The notes beneath the pieces are model-generated. The model ran no database searches and had not been told where the DNA came from. It was given only the letters and a program-made list of their open reading frames with translations. From an uncultured Conexibacteraceae bacterium (GTDB lineage Bacteria; Actinomycetota; Thermoleophilia; Solirubrobacterales; 70-9), in NCBI GenBank assembly GCA_964594365.1, contig CAZQMB010000004.1, positions 17,257 to 81,256 of the forward strand: 64,000 nucleotides of DNA, read 5' to 3'. Both the position numbers and the translations under genes were made by a program. Position 1 is the first letter of the stretch, and the number at the start of each line of letters is the position of its first letter. Positions 27,860-37,884 of the stretch are shown in pieces.

Positions 27860-28636
27860 ATGCGGCTGCTGTTCATCGGAGATGTCGTCGGGAGTCCCGG
27901 GCGGGAGGGTCTGGCCGCAACCATGCCCGCACTGCGTGCAGAACACAAGCCCGATCTCATCGTCGTAAACGGTGAGAACGCCGCTGGAGGCGTGGGCATC
28001 ACCGAGCAGACCGCGGAGGAGATCTTCGCCACCGGTGCGCAGGTGATCACCCTCGGCAACCATGCCTACCGGCAACGGGAAGCCTTCGGATTCCTCAACG
28101 CAGAGGAACGAGTGGTGCGGCCGCTCAACCACTCGCCCGAGTCACCCGGACGAGGCTGGACCATCGTCGAAGCCGGCGGGATGCGGGTCGCGGTGGTCAA
28201 CCTGAGCGGAGCCGTACAACTGCAAGTAGATCGCAATCCGTTTGCGGCCATCGACGAACTGCTCGAAGAGCTCGACGGCCGCGCTGATGCGGTCTTCGTC
28301 GACTTCCACGCCGAGGTGACCAGTGAGAAGGTGGCGATGGGATGGCATCTCGATGGAAGAGTCGCCGCGGTCTGCGGGACCCACACCCATGTCCCGACAG
28401 CCGATCCGCGGATTCTCCCCGGCGGAACCGCCCACATCACGGACGTCGGAATGACCGGATCGAGAGATGGGGTGCTCGGGGTGAAACGCGACGGGGCATT
28501 GGAGTCGCTCCGTACCGGCTTGCCGGTGCGTTTCGAGACAGCAGCGGAAGACGTCTGGGTCATGGGTTGTCTGATCGAGATCCGGGACGACGGCCTCTCG
28601 ACTCGGATCGAACAGATCCTCTCGCCAGCCGGCTAG
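27860..28636 (+). CDS. ymdB: YmdB-family metallophosphoesterase (2',3'-cyclic-nucleotide phosphodiesterase, TIGR00282 type)
   Basis: MRLLFIGDVVGSPGR...VNGENAAGG.GIT...TLGNH...DFHAE.TSEK...GTHTHV. Confidence 0.9.
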   Translation: MRLLFIGDVVGSPGREGLAATMPALRAEHKPDLIVVNGENAAGGVGITEQTAEEIFATGAQVITLGNHAYRQREAFGFLNAEERVVRPLNHSPESPGRGWTIVEAGGMRVAVVNLSGAVQLQVDRNPFAAIDELLEELDGRADAVFVDFHAEVTSEKVAMGWHLDGRVAAVCGTHTHVPTADPRILPGGTAHITDVGMTGSRDGVLGVKRDGALESLRTGLPVRFETAAEDVWVMGCLIEIRDDGLSTRIEQILSPAG

Positions 28637-30321
28637 CCGGCCTTCCGAGCCTCGACGAGGCGATTTCTGGCGAGTAGTGCCACGAAGAGAGGCCCGAGGA
28701 ACCACGGCAAGTAGAGATAGAACCAGTGGTCGAAGGTGATCTCGACCGCGATCAGAACTGCAGCGGCCAATGCCGACAGGACCACTGTGTCCCTGAATCG
28801 GGGCCGAATCGCCACCGCGAGTGCGAAGAGGCCGACCGCGGCCATCACGAACAGTTGGAGTGGCTCGAGCACCGGGAACTGACCCCAGATGCTGAAAGGT
28901 GAGTCCCGCCCGACCTGGTTGCCGATCGTCCGCTCGAAGATCACCAGAGGTCCCGAGTCGTAGAGGGCATCGGCGAAGATCACGAGCAGCCCCAGTGCGA
29001 ACCCGACCAGGTAGGTCAACGACTCCCTCATCGAGAGTGGCGCGAGGAAACGCTTCAGGCGAAGGGAGGTCGAGCTGCCTGCGGTCGGTGGATGCGGGAC
29101 GGAACCGGGGCGAGGCCCGGACATGAACAACGGAACCAACGCCAGCGGAGCGAGCTTGGTCGCGGAGGCGAAGGCGACCAGCACTCCCCGGAGCGGCGCC
29201 GAGGTGACGCCGAGCAGGATCGCCACTACCGTCAGGGCTACCAGCGAGTCATTCGTATTCGATTCGAGCGCGAAAGCCGTATACGGACATGCGGCCCAGG
29301 CGAAGACGAGGAGCGCGCCGAGTCGAGTACCGCTCGAACCCGAGCCCAATCTGCGGCCGAGCAGGAACAGCGCGGCCATCGTTGCGAGATCGAAGAAGAT
29401 CGCAGCGGCGTGAGCGGCCGGAAGATCGTCCCATGAGCCGCTCCAGGGAAAGGCCAGTTCGAACGGTACGTACGCGAAGTACGAGAGCGGACCGTACGTG
29501 TCTCCATTCGCTATGTCGATCGGGAAGTTCGCGTAGAGCGTCCGCCCGTTCGAGATCAGATCACCCCCGATTACACCGGCGTAACCGACATCGATCACAT
29601 TCGAATCCGCCATGTTGAACGCGATCCGCACCCCGATCAGGAAGAGCGCGGCGATCGCGAGCACTCCGGCGGGGATCGAGGGTTCGAGGCCGCCACGAGG
29701 ATCCCGACCGCCGCGACTGGTCGCGAGCCAGATCATCCTCGCCAGCAACCAGACGAGTACCGGGTAGACGAGTGGCACCGAGATGTCTATCCGCCCCAGG
29801 TTGAAGAAGTAGTGAGAGAGCCCGAGACCAGCGGTCAGCGCGAGTAGATCCAGATGGGCGACCCGGAACGGTCTGCGCCAATCGAACAGACCGCAGAAGA
29901 AGATGAGGCAGAGGGGGATCCACACCCACGGTGCGTTGAGCGTCCGCCCGAAGGCACCGGAATAACCGCGCGCCATGGTCCAGGCGACTTGATCACCAGT
30001 CCATTCCTCCCTCACCGTTGCACCTACCGGATCGACGATCACCAGCGCCTCGACTCTCTCGCCGACGAAGAAGCGGACCTCCCAATCGGCTCCGTCCTCT
30101 TTACGCGAGGCGCTGACGGAAGCGCGTGGATGTGCCCGCAACGTCTCGCGGCCCACCGAGGAACTCTCTGCCGCGTCGAGTGCCTGGACCTCAGTTGTTT
30201 CCGCAGGAGGGTCGCCCTCCTGACGAGGAGGTCCTGCGAGGGAGGCTGGCGGCAGCAGGAATGTCGAGGCGACCAGCGCCAGCGCCAGCGCCAGCGCCAA
30301 ACGACAGCGCCGGCCGGTCAC
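28633..30321 (-). CDS. Polytopic GT-C-type glycosyltransferase (DUF2029/GT87-like) with N-terminal extracytoplasmic domain
   Basis: Signal peptide, an extracytoplasmic module of about 90 aa (DWEVRFFVGERVEALVIVDP), then at least 10 hydrophobic segments typical of polyprenyl-phosphate-sugar-dependent transferases. Confidence 0.72.
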   Translation of the reverse strand: MTGRRCRLALALALALVASTFLLPPASLAGPPRQEGDPPAETTEVQALDAAESSSVGRETLRAHPRASVSASRKEDGADWEVRFFVGERVEALVIVDPVGATVREEWTGDQVAWTMARGYSGAFGRTLNAPWVWIPLCLIFFCGLFDWRRPFRVAHLDLLALTAGLGLSHYFFNLGRIDISVPLVYPVLVWLLARMIWLATSRGGRDPRGGLEPSIPAGVLAIAALFLIGVRIAFNMADSNVIDVGYAGVIGGDLISNGRTLYANFPIDIANGDTYGPLSYFAYVPFELAFPWSGSWDDLPAAHAAAIFFDLATMAALFLLGRRLGSGSSGTRLGALLVFAWAACPYTAFALESNTNDSLVALTVVAILLGVTSAPLRGVLVAFASATKLAPLALVPLFMSGPRPGSVPHPPTAGSSTSLRLKRFLAPLSMRESLTYLVGFALGLLVIFADALYDSGPLVIFERTIGNQVGRDSPFSIWGQFPVLEPLQLFVMAAVGLFALAVAIRPRFRDTVVLSALAAAVLIAVEITFDHWFYLYLPWFLGPLFVALLARNRLVEARKAG

Positions 30322-30746
30322 CGGCCGTCGAAGGTCCAGAGTTTGTTGCCGATGAAGTTGACCGGGGTTGCTACCGCGACGGCGATTGCCTGGGCTCCGA
30401 TCTCAGGCATGCCGAGCGCGATCAAGCCTTGGAGGATCAGGAGGTTCACGCCGAGCGAGATCACGCTGACGGTCAGGAACCGAGCGGCTTGGAACCCGGC
30501 GTGGCCGGCAGATGCCCGGAAGGTCCAGTGCCTGTTCCAGAGGAAGTTGTTGGTGACCGCCACCACGAACGCGATCACTGCGGCCAGCACGTGGTGCAGA
30601 TCGGCCTTCTCCGTGGCGAGCCAGAAGACCAGCAGGTTGATCACGTAGCCCGACGCGCCGACCACGGCAAAGCGAACCAGCTGAGCCCAGTTCTCGGGCT
30701 TCCTGGTGCCACGGCCGATCCGTCGCGCGGTATTGGCAGGGGTCAT
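30318..30746 (-). CDS. GtrA-family membrane protein
   Basis: The ATG at 30746 overlaps the upstream stop by 1 nt. LVRFAVVGASGYVINLLVFW, FLWNRHWTF, NFIGNKLWTF. Confidence 0.8.
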   Translation of the reverse strand: MTPANTARRIGRGTRKPENWAQLVRFAVVGASGYVINLLVFWLATEKADLHHVLAAVIAFVVAVTNNFLWNRHWTFRASAGHAGFQAARFLTVSVISLGVNLLILQGLIALGMPEIGAQAIAVAVATPVNFIGNKLWTFDGR

Positions 30747-32302
30747 CAGCCCGTGCCGATCAGACTCGGAGATGGCGAGGCAAGTGGAACCCCGAAGTGG
30801 CCCAGGATCACCGGGGCGATATCGCGAAGCGTCCACTGTGGGTACGTGGAGACGTCCGTTGGACCGCAACCCACGAACAGGAGTGGCGAGAGCGAATCCT
30901 CACGTGCGAGCGCACCGTGGCTGCCGCCTCCGACGTGTGTGACCCCTCCCCAATCCACGAACTCATAGCCTGACGCTGCGGACACCAGGATGTCGCCAGC
31001 GTGTGGCGAGATCAGTGCCGACCAGAGCCGTGAGAGGGCGTCCGGGTACTCGTGACTGTCGAAACTCGTCCCGCTCGATTCCGCCTCGAGCGTCGAGCTG
31101 TCGCCCCTGACCGACCACGGGACACCACGGCGATCGGTGACCGGACCACCCGGCGAGAATCTGAGTTCGAGGCCGTTGCGCTCGACCACCGCCTCGTGGG
31201 CGTGCTCGGGGAATCCGATGGCGTTCCTCACCACCGGGTCGCCGTTGGAATCCGCCAACCACGCGATCAGGTCGACCCCCTCGGTGTCGAGAATTCGTCC
31301 GCGCAAACGCTCATGGGTGCGGGAGTGGGTCGGATCTGCATGGAGGAGATAGACCGCCGCGGCGCGGGAGGTCGGACTCACGGCGATCTCGGCTGATTCG
31401 GGGTCCTCGGCGTTGGGTTGGAGCACCGCCCATTCGCCGGAGAGCCTCTCGATCAGCGGGAGAGAGTGATTCACCGGCACCTGTGCATGATCCGAGGTGA
31501 GGATTACCGCGTACCTCGCGAGGAAGGAGTCGAGGCCACCCGCCGCGTCGATCAAACGCTGGAAACAGCGATCTGCGCGTGCGATCGACTGGATCTGACC
31601 GGACGGGCCCTGGCGGTGCGAATGGAAGTCGTTGTCCGGGAGGCTGAGGAGCAGGAAATCGAATGCGTCCGCAGCGATCAGCTCGGCCGAGGCACACGCT
31701 GCATACTCGTCCCGATCGCCCGGGCGGGTCAGAGCCGATCCGCACTCGGTAGGCCGGCTCGCATAGAGGTCGCCGTAGAAGAACTCGTCGGGACCCCAGA
31801 CGGCATGTCGGAAGCTGATGGCTTCGGCCGCCCGACGGGCCAACCCCTCGAGGGAGAGCTCATGGCGTCGGGAGCCACGGTAGATGAGGAAGGGTGTGGT
31901 GGCGGTCCTGACTCCCGAAGCTCCGAGAGACTCGAACAGGGTCGGAGCCTCCCAACTGAGATGATCGAGATTCATGTTGTAGACGAGGTCGTACATCGCT
32001 CTGAACAAACCGAAGATGCGGGTGGCCTCGAAGGACGAGCCGTATTCGATGTAGCGCCGCTCCACCCGATGGAACCAGTTCATCCCCATCACCCAGTGGC
32101 CACCTGGACCGAGACCAGTGAGGATCTCCGAAGAAGCAACAGGCGTCACCGAGGGGAAGCTCGAGACACAGTCCTCGACCAGTTGTCCGCGTTCCATCAG
32201 GGAACCGAACGCCGGTGCAGCACCGGCCGCGACCGCCTCCGAGAGGAGACCGGGATGCATCGCATCCACGACCGTCAGGATCAACTTCGGCGGGGAAGCC
32301 AC
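30746..32302 (-). CDS. Alkaline-phosphatase-superfamily enzyme (nucleotide pyrophosphatase/phosphodiesterase family)
   Basis: LILTVVDAMHP...SSFPSVTPVASSEILTG (metal/nucleophile region) and ILTSDHAQ. No obvious signal peptide. Confidence 0.78.
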   Translation of the reverse strand: MASPPKLILTVVDAMHPGLLSEAVAAGAAPAFGSLMERGQLVEDCVSSFPSVTPVASSEILTGLGPGGHWVMGMNWFHRVERRYIEYGSSFEATRIFGLFRAMYDLVYNMNLDHLSWEAPTLFESLGASGVRTATTPFLIYRGSRRHELSLEGLARRAAEAISFRHAVWGPDEFFYGDLYASRPTECGSALTRPGDRDEYAACASAELIAADAFDFLLLSLPDNDFHSHRQGPSGQIQSIARADRCFQRLIDAAGGLDSFLARYAVILTSDHAQVPVNHSLPLIERLSGEWAVLQPNAEDPESAEIAVSPTSRAAAVYLLHADPTHSRTHERLRGRILDTEGVDLIAWLADSNGDPVVRNAIGFPEHAHEAVVERNGLELRFSPGGPVTDRRGVPWSVRGDSSTLEAESSGTSFDSHEYPDALSRLWSALISPHAGDILVSAASGYEFVDWGGVTHVGGGSHGALAREDSLSPLLFVGCGPTDVSTYPQWTLRDIAPVILGHFGVPLASPSPSLIGTG

Positions 32303-32748
32303 TATCGGAGGATCCGGAGACCCTCGTGCTTCTCGGGCCTCGCTCGTCGTCGGCGGAAGTAGAGCAGGACTACTGCGAGAGCGACGACGATGGCCAGCGG
32401 AGGAGCGAGCCAGCAGGCGGCGGCGACCACGAGCGCCGAGATCACACCTGTGGCGATCAAGAACCCCGAGGCACGACCTCTTGACTCCTCACGCGACTGG
32501 AGGGACTCGCGCCGCGACGCGCCAGCGAATACATCACCGATCACTCCCGCGGTGAACATCCCGAACAAGCCGATCGGCAGCATCGGCCAGAACGTCACCT
32601 CTTCTGACCGCAACCAGAGACCCGCGACGGCAGTAGCGATCGATGCGGCGAACGGAAGGCGCAGGCGGACCGGGAGGACCGCACCGCACAGGACCCCGAC
32701 GGCGAGTCCGAATCCGAGTGCCTGGCAGATCGAGTTGAAGAGATCCAC
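32302..32748 (-). CDS. Hypothetical small membrane protein (about 4 TM)
   Basis: Hydrophobic segments throughout. Its stop overlaps the downstream start by 1 nt. No family recognised. Confidence 0.5.
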   Translation of the reverse strand: MDLFNSICQALGFGLAVGVLCGAVLPVRLRLPFAASIATAVAGLWLRSEEVTFWPMLPIGLFGMFTAGVIGDVFAGASRRESLQSREESRGRASGFLIATGVISALVVAAACWLAPPLAIVVALAVVLLYFRRRRARPEKHEGLRILR

Positions 32749-32783
32749 GGATGGGGCTCAGGCTGACCGGGAGCCCGGTCGGC

Positions 32784-33275
32784 CTAGTCTTCGCCTCCGG
32801 CGAAATCCTCCGGAGACACGTTGTCGAGGAAGTCCTTGAACTTCTCGACCACCTCCTCGGTGTCCTCCACTTCGTGCTCGAACTCGATTGCCGACTCCTC
32901 GATCACCTCGTCAGCGGCATAGATGGGAGCGTCTATACGTACCGCGAGCGCGAGGGCGTCGGAGGGGCGGGAATCGATCTCCACCGTCTGCCCGTTGACC
33001 AGCAGGTTGATCTGGGCGAAGAAGGTGTTGTCCTTCAACTCCGTGACGGTGACCGATTCGCATTGGGCTCCTACCTGACCGACCAGATCCGCGAAGAGAT
33101 CGTGGGTCATGGGCCTGGGGGTCTCCTGCCCCTGAAGCTTCATCAGGATCGCAGCGGCCTCGGGATGTCCGATCCAGATCGGCAGGAACTTGTTGCCCTC
33201 CTCGGTCTTCAGCAAGACGATCGGCTGCTTGCCGACCATGTCGAAACTGACTCCGTAGATGCTCATTAGCTGCAC
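32784..33275 (-). CDS. Bifunctional nuclease family protein (DUF151/BFN)
   Basis: QPIVLLKTEEGNKFLPIWIGHPEAAAI...RPMTHDL...IDSRPSDALALAVR. Confidence 0.85.
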   Translation of the reverse strand: MQLMSIYGVSFDMVGKQPIVLLKTEEGNKFLPIWIGHPEAAAILMKLQGQETPRPMTHDLFADLVGQVGAQCESVTVTELKDNTFFAQINLLVNGQTVEIDSRPSDALALAVRIDAPIYAADEVIEESAIEFEHEVEDTEEVVEKFKDFLDNVSPEDFAGGED

Positions 33276-33308
33276 GGTTTCACCTTGGTTTCGGACTCAT
33301 TCCCACAG

Positions 33309-33382
<74 letters not shown>

Positions 33383-33442
33383 TCGCTTCCGTGCTCATCT
33401 GACCATCCGGCCACTCGGAGCGCGAGAGCGCGCAGTTTACCG

Positions 33443-34384
33443 CTAGGCAGGGGGCTGCTGGAGTGGGCCGTAGGTATCGGGTCGCCTCGTCTCCAGGAAG
33501 GGGAAGAGTTCGAGCCAGTCACGCCGCTGATCGAGATCCAGGTCGCACACCAACACGGCGGGTTCATCCCGTGGAGCCTTGACCAGGACCCGTCCGTAGG
33601 GGTCCGAGATGAACGACGAGCCGTAGAACTCGATCGGCCCCTCACGGCCGATCCTGTTCACCGCGACCATGAAGGTGCCGTTCGCGATGCCATTCGCGGT
33701 GATGACCCTCTCCCAGAGCGGTTCGGTGTCGAAATCCGGGTGATCGGGTTCGGAACCGATTGCCGTTGGATAGACCAGCACCTCCGCTCCGGCCAGGGAG
33801 TAGGTTCGTGCCAACTCGGGGAACCACTGGTCCCAACAGGTAGGAAAACCGACTTTGGCAGCCTCGAGGGCGATCACCGGGTAGCCGGTGTCGCCCGGCC
33901 GGAAATACCGGTCCTCGTAGTAGCCAGCCGTGACCGGAATGTGCAGCTTCCGGGTCCTCGCGATCAATTCCCCATCGGGAGAGAAGCAGACGGCCGTGTT
34001 GTATCCGCGTCTGTCCTCCCCTCCTCCGGAGGCTTCGTAGAGGGAAGCATGGACATAAGCACCCGTCTCTCGCGCCATGCGCTCGGCGAAGCGACAAGTG
34101 GGACCGTCGGGGATCGCCTCGGCTCGCTCGAGGGCGGAATCCAATTCATCCTCCGTGATGGCGAAATAGGGGGAGAGCGTGAGCTCCTGCAGACAGATGA
34201 GCCGTGCTCCCTCATCGGCGGCCAGCCTGATCCCCTGCCCGAGTGCCTCCATGTGTTCCTCGGGATCGGGATTCCAGCGTTGCTGTACCGCGCCAACCCG
34301 AAACGGCTTCCGCTCCGGATCCCGAGTCCGCGCCGGAGAAGAGATCGGTGCTCCGACCGAGCTGACCAATCGGAGCTCAGCCAC
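33443..34384 (-). CDS. aguB: N-carbamoylputrescine amidase (carbon-nitrogen hydrolase)
   Basis: LICLQELT, FPTCWDQWFPE (catalytic Cys context). Coupled to agmatine deiminase by an 8-nt overlap. Confidence 0.86.
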   Translation of the reverse strand: MAELRLVSSVGAPISSPARTRDPERKPFRVGAVQQRWNPDPEEHMEALGQGIRLAADEGARLICLQELTLSPYFAITEDELDSALERAEAIPDGPTCRFAERMARETGAYVHASLYEASGGGEDRRGYNTAVCFSPDGELIARTRKLHIPVTAGYYEDRYFRPGDTGYPVIALEAAKVGFPTCWDQWFPELARTYSLAGAEVLVYPTAIGSEPDHPDFDTEPLWERVITANGIANGTFMVAVNRIGREGPIEFYGSSFISDPYGRVLVKAPRDEPAVLVCDLDLDQRRDWLELFPFLETRRPDTYGPLQQPPA

Positions 34385-35429
34385 TGTCGGCCTGTCCTCG
34401 GACAGCAGGCACCTGCTGAGTGATGCAGTGGATCCCGCCGCCTCCGAGAGCGAGGGTCGTGGAAGGTACGCCTACGACCTCCCGATCAGGAAAGGCGCCG
34501 GCGATCACTGCCAACGCATCAGCCTCGCTCGGGTCTCCTCCGTCGGGTGTGGGCACGATGACCCCGCCGTTGACCAGATAGAAGTTCGTGTACGGAATCG
34601 CAACGGGTCTCCCCTCGTGCTCGACTCGCGGGAGGAACGGGAGCTCGATCGCCTCGATCGGGTTGCCGCGTGCGTCCGTTGCATCGGCCAGACGTCTCAG
34701 GTTCTCGCTCAGCAGTGGATGATCGGGATCATCTGCACCCGGAGCGGTCTGACAGATCACCTTCCCGGGTTCGACGAATGCACAGAGGTTGTCCACGTGT
34801 CCGTCGGTGTCGCGGTCCTCTACCAACCCATCCCCGAGCCAGACCACTTCGGTGACCCCCAGCCAATCGCCGAGCGCGGCCTCTATCCCGTGCCTGTCGA
34901 GTTCGGGGTTGCGCTTCGGATGCAGGAGACACTGCTCGGTGGTTATCAGGGTTCCGAGACCGTCGACGGTGATCGAGCCGCCCTCGAGCACGATCGGTGC
35001 CCTCCGGGAGTCGATCCCGAGCAAATCGCAAAGCGTCCCGGCAACCGCATCATCGGCGTCCCAGGTGGAGAACTTCTCGCCCCAGGCATTGAAACGGAAG
35101 TCGACACCCAGGCGAGTGCCTTCCTCACCGGTGACGAAGATGGGACCCGAGTCACGCAACCACGCATCGTCGATCGGGATCTCGACGACCTCGATCTCCT
35201 CTGAGCACTTGGCTCGCGCCTCGGCGGCGAACGCCGGATCGGCGACCATCGTGACGGGTTCGAATGCGGCAGTCGCATTGGCAACCGCCGCATAGTTGAC
35301 GAATGCCTGCTCGAGCAGCCCGAACTCGTCCCAACGGCCGCAGGGCCAGGCCATCAAGGTGCGCTCGTGCCGAGACGATTCAGCCGGCATGGACAAGGCT
35401 TCGGCTCTCGGCGTGGTCTGGGAACCCAT
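34377..35429 (-). CDS. aguA: Agmatine deiminase
   Basis: MAWPC, AWLRDSGP, DGHVDN, and C-terminal GGGIHCITQQ. Confidence 0.9.
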   Translation of the reverse strand: MGSQTTPRAEALSMPAESSRHERTLMAWPCGRWDEFGLLEQAFVNYAAVANATAAFEPVTMVADPAFAAEARAKCSEEIEVVEIPIDDAWLRDSGPIFVTGEEGTRLGVDFRFNAWGEKFSTWDADDAVAGTLCDLLGIDSRRAPIVLEGGSITVDGLGTLITTEQCLLHPKRNPELDRHGIEAALGDWLGVTEVVWLGDGLVEDRDTDGHVDNLCAFVEPGKVICQTAPGADDPDHPLLSENLRRLADATDARGNPIEAIELPFLPRVEHEGRPVAIPYTNFYLVNGGVIVPTPDGGDPSEADALAVIAGAFPDREVVGVPSTTLALGGGGIHCITQQVPAVRGQADSG

Positions 35430-35509
35430 CGCTCGGAGAGTAATGACTGGGGCGCAATCAGCGGGGATCGGACCCGAGACAGCCGGGTGAAGCAGCGCTC
35501 GGCTTGCGC

Positions 35510-36370
35510 CTAGCGCTTGCGGAGGCGCTTGGCGAGCTTGGCAAGCTCTCCGAGGTCGTCAAAGCGGAGTTCCGCCACGAAGCCGCTGCCGGATCTCTTC
35601 ACCTTGACCTCATGGCCGATCGCCTCCTCCAGACCCTCGCCGGCCTCACCGAGAGCGGTTCGCTCCTCAGCCGAGATACGGCCCGTCGCGGGCTTCTTTC
35701 CGGCTTTGGTATTCCGAGGTTTGGCCTGCCGCTCTGTTTCGCGAACCGACCAGCCTTCCTTTGCGGCCTTACGGCCGAGACGCAGTCGAGCCGTCTGATC
35801 CGGAGCCATCAGGAGAGCTCGACCATGACCCTCGCTGAGGCGGCCGTCGGCCAGCAACTCCAGCACCCCGTCCGGCAGGTCGAGCAACCGCACCAGATTG
35901 GATATCCCCGCTCTGGACCGGCCCAGTCTCTTGGCCAGATCCTCCTTGGAGATGCCGAGGTCGTCGACGAGGGCAGCGCAGGCCCGTGCCTCGTCAACGG
36001 GGTTGAGATCCTCGCGGACCACGTTCTCGATCAGGGCGGACTGGAGTCGCTCATCCTCCGGCGAGGAACGCACCACCACCGGCACTCGGTCAAGTCCGGC
36101 CTTCTGTGAAGCCCTCCACCGACGCTCTCCCGCGACCAACTGGAATCTCCCGTCCTCGAGTGGGCGAACGATCAGTGGCTGGAGGAGACCAGCCGTGCCG
36201 ATCGAATCAGCGAGCGCCTGAAGAGCTTCGGGCTCGAAGACGGTCCTCGGCTGATCGGGGTTCGGTTCGATCGAACCGACGGGTACCTCTCTCAGCTCTG
36301 GGCCACCCGCGGTGGCGTCGGGGAGGATCGCAGCCAAACCTCGTCCCATTCCGCGTTTGCGGTCAGCCAA
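35510..36370 (-). CDS. parB: Chromosome partitioning protein ParB/Spo0J
   Basis: RGMGRGLAAIL, GERRWRA, and an HTH region. The TTG at 36370 is the preferred start; the ORF-track TTG at 36391 and the ATG at 36349 are alternatives. Confidence 0.92.
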   Translation of the reverse strand: MADRKRGMGRGLAAILPDATAGGPELREVPVGSIEPNPDQPRTVFEPEALQALADSIGTAGLLQPLIVRPLEDGRFQLVAGERRWRASQKAGLDRVPVVVRSSPEDERLQSALIENVVREDLNPVDEARACAALVDDLGISKEDLAKRLGRSRAGISNLVRLLDLPDGVLELLADGRLSEGHGRALLMAPDQTARLRLGRKAAKEGWSVRETERQAKPRNTKAGKKPATGRISAEERTALGEAGEGLEEAIGHEVKVKRSGSGFVAELRFDDLGELAKLAKRLRKR

Positions 36371-37121
36371 GCGAGGCCACCTCCTCGGCAAGATCTGAGT
36401 AGGCCCTCGATCCGGACGATTCCGGCGCGTGCTGCGTTACCGGTTCTCCGTAGCTGGGTGCCTCCGCGACCCGGATGCTTCGTGGGATCACGGTTTTGAA
36501 CACGCGTGCCGGGAGGTTTTCGCGGAGTTCGCGCTCTACGTCTTGAGAGAGTCGGGTTCGGTCGTCAGCCATCGTGATCAGGATGCCGGCCAACTCGAGA
36601 GATGGGTTGAGTTCCCGCTGAACGAGTTTGAGGGTGTCGAGGAACTGGACCAGTCCCTCGAGCGCCAGGTACTCCGCCTGGACCGGCACGATCACCCGAT
36701 CCGCGGCCACGAGTGCATTCACCGCCACCGGGCCGAGGGAAGGTGGGCAGTCCAGGAACGTGAAACCGAAACGCTCCCTGACCGGGCCGAGGGAGTCGCG
36801 AAGTCGGAGTTCGAAGGATTCGATTCTCGGGAGCTCGACACTCGCACCCGCAAGATCCTCGTTGGCGGGAACCAGCCAGAGATTGTCGGGGCCGGCCGGT
36901 CTCGCGGCCTCGGCGACCGAAACCTCGCCCGCCAGACAATCGTAGGAAGACGGTTCGAGGTCTCGAGGGTGGCCGAGAGCCACGGTTGCGTTGCACTGCG
37001 CGTCGAGATCGACGACGAGGGTCTGTGCGCCGGTTCGTGCGACACAGGCACCCATGTTGACGGTGGTCGTGGTCTTCCCCACCCCACCCTTCTGATTCGC
37101 CACCGCGTAGACGGTTCCCAT
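36363..37121 (-). CDS. parA: Chromosome partitioning ATPase ParA/Soj
   Basis: Deviant Walker A: VANQKGGVGKTTT. Confidence 0.95.
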   Translation of the reverse strand: MGTVYAVANQKGGVGKTTTTVNMGACVARTGAQTLVVDLDAQCNATVALGHPRDLEPSSYDCLAGEVSVAEAARPAGPDNLWLVPANEDLAGASVELPRIESFELRLRDSLGPVRERFGFTFLDCPPSLGPVAVNALVAADRVIVPVQAEYLALEGLVQFLDTLKLVQRELNPSLELAGILITMADDRTRLSQDVERELRENLPARVFKTVIPRSIRVAEAPSYGEPVTQHAPESSGSRAYSDLAEEVASLG

Positions 37122-37215
37122 CGCTCAGGCCATCCATTCCGTCGGCACGCCGACTGCGGGAAACCAGTTCGTTCGTGAATCGACCATTCGTGGCAGAACC
37201 TCTCTCATCGCTCGA

Positions 37216-37884
37216 TCATTCGGTACCGAACGGACGCTTCGACGCCATACCCGGCCTTCGGGGCAATCCCTCCGGTGTCGGACCATTCTTGCGAAGAAGG
37301 TGGATGTGCCTGTCGCGGGAACCTGGATACGGCGAGACGGAGCGGACCTCGACCGTCTCGAGAGCGAGGCGCTCCCCTGCGATCTCTTCGAAGACCCGTT
37401 CGGATTCGGAGTCGCGAGCACCCCGCCAGATCAAGAGATGACCTCCCGAACGAAGCAGGGGCGATGCGAGTTCAGCGGTCGTCGCCAATGAGCCGACGGC
37501 ACGAGCTGTGACGAGATCGAACGCCTCCCTGCCTTCCGGTGCCGAAGAGAACTCCTCGGTTCGCGTTGCCTCCACCTGGACGTTGGTCAAACCCATCTCC
37601 GATACTGCACGTTCGATGAAGCGGCACTTCTTCCCGGTTGCCTCGATCAGGACCCACTCGGCCTCCGGCAAACTGGCTGCGAGAGGCAGCCCCGGCAGTC
37701 CTGCACCGCTACCGATATCGGCAGCGCATGTCGCAGATCGGGCCTCGGAGAACTCCAGCCCAACGAGAGAATCCGCCAAGTGGACAGTCGGGATCTCGGA
37801 CTGAGAAGCAACCGAGACGGGAGCATCCGGCTCGCTCAGCAAGCGCTCGAGGTGGGAGAGTGAGCTAGCGGTACCCGCGCTCAA
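37216..37884 (-). CDS. rsmG: 16S rRNA (guanine527-N7)-methyltransferase RsmG (GidB)
   Basis: DIGSGAGLPGLPLA SAM motif. Conserved position between jag and parA. Confidence 0.9.
   Translation of the reverse strand: MSAGTASSLSHLERLLSEPDAPVSVASQSEIPTVHLADSLVGLEFSEARSATCAADIGSGAGLPGLPLAASLPEAEWVLIEATGKKCRFIERAVSEMGLTNVQVEATRTEEFSSAPEGREAFDLVTARAVGSLATTAELASPLLRSGGHLLIWRGARDSESERVFEEIAGERLALETVEVRSVSPYPGSRDRHIHLLRKNGPTPEGLPRRPGMASKRPFGTE

Noticed and set aside
30274-30298. CAGCGC x4 tandem repeat
   Set aside because: It is in-frame and encodes the LALALALA hydrophobic core of the GT-C signal peptide. It is coding low complexity, not a CRISPR or regulatory repeat.
32766-32781. GACCGG-GAGC-CCGGTC hairpin between the bifunctional nuclease gene and the 4-TM gene as a terminator
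   Set aside because: It is a short 6-bp stem with no U-tract on the transcribed (minus) strand, so it cannot be distinguished from chance GC-rich palindromes.
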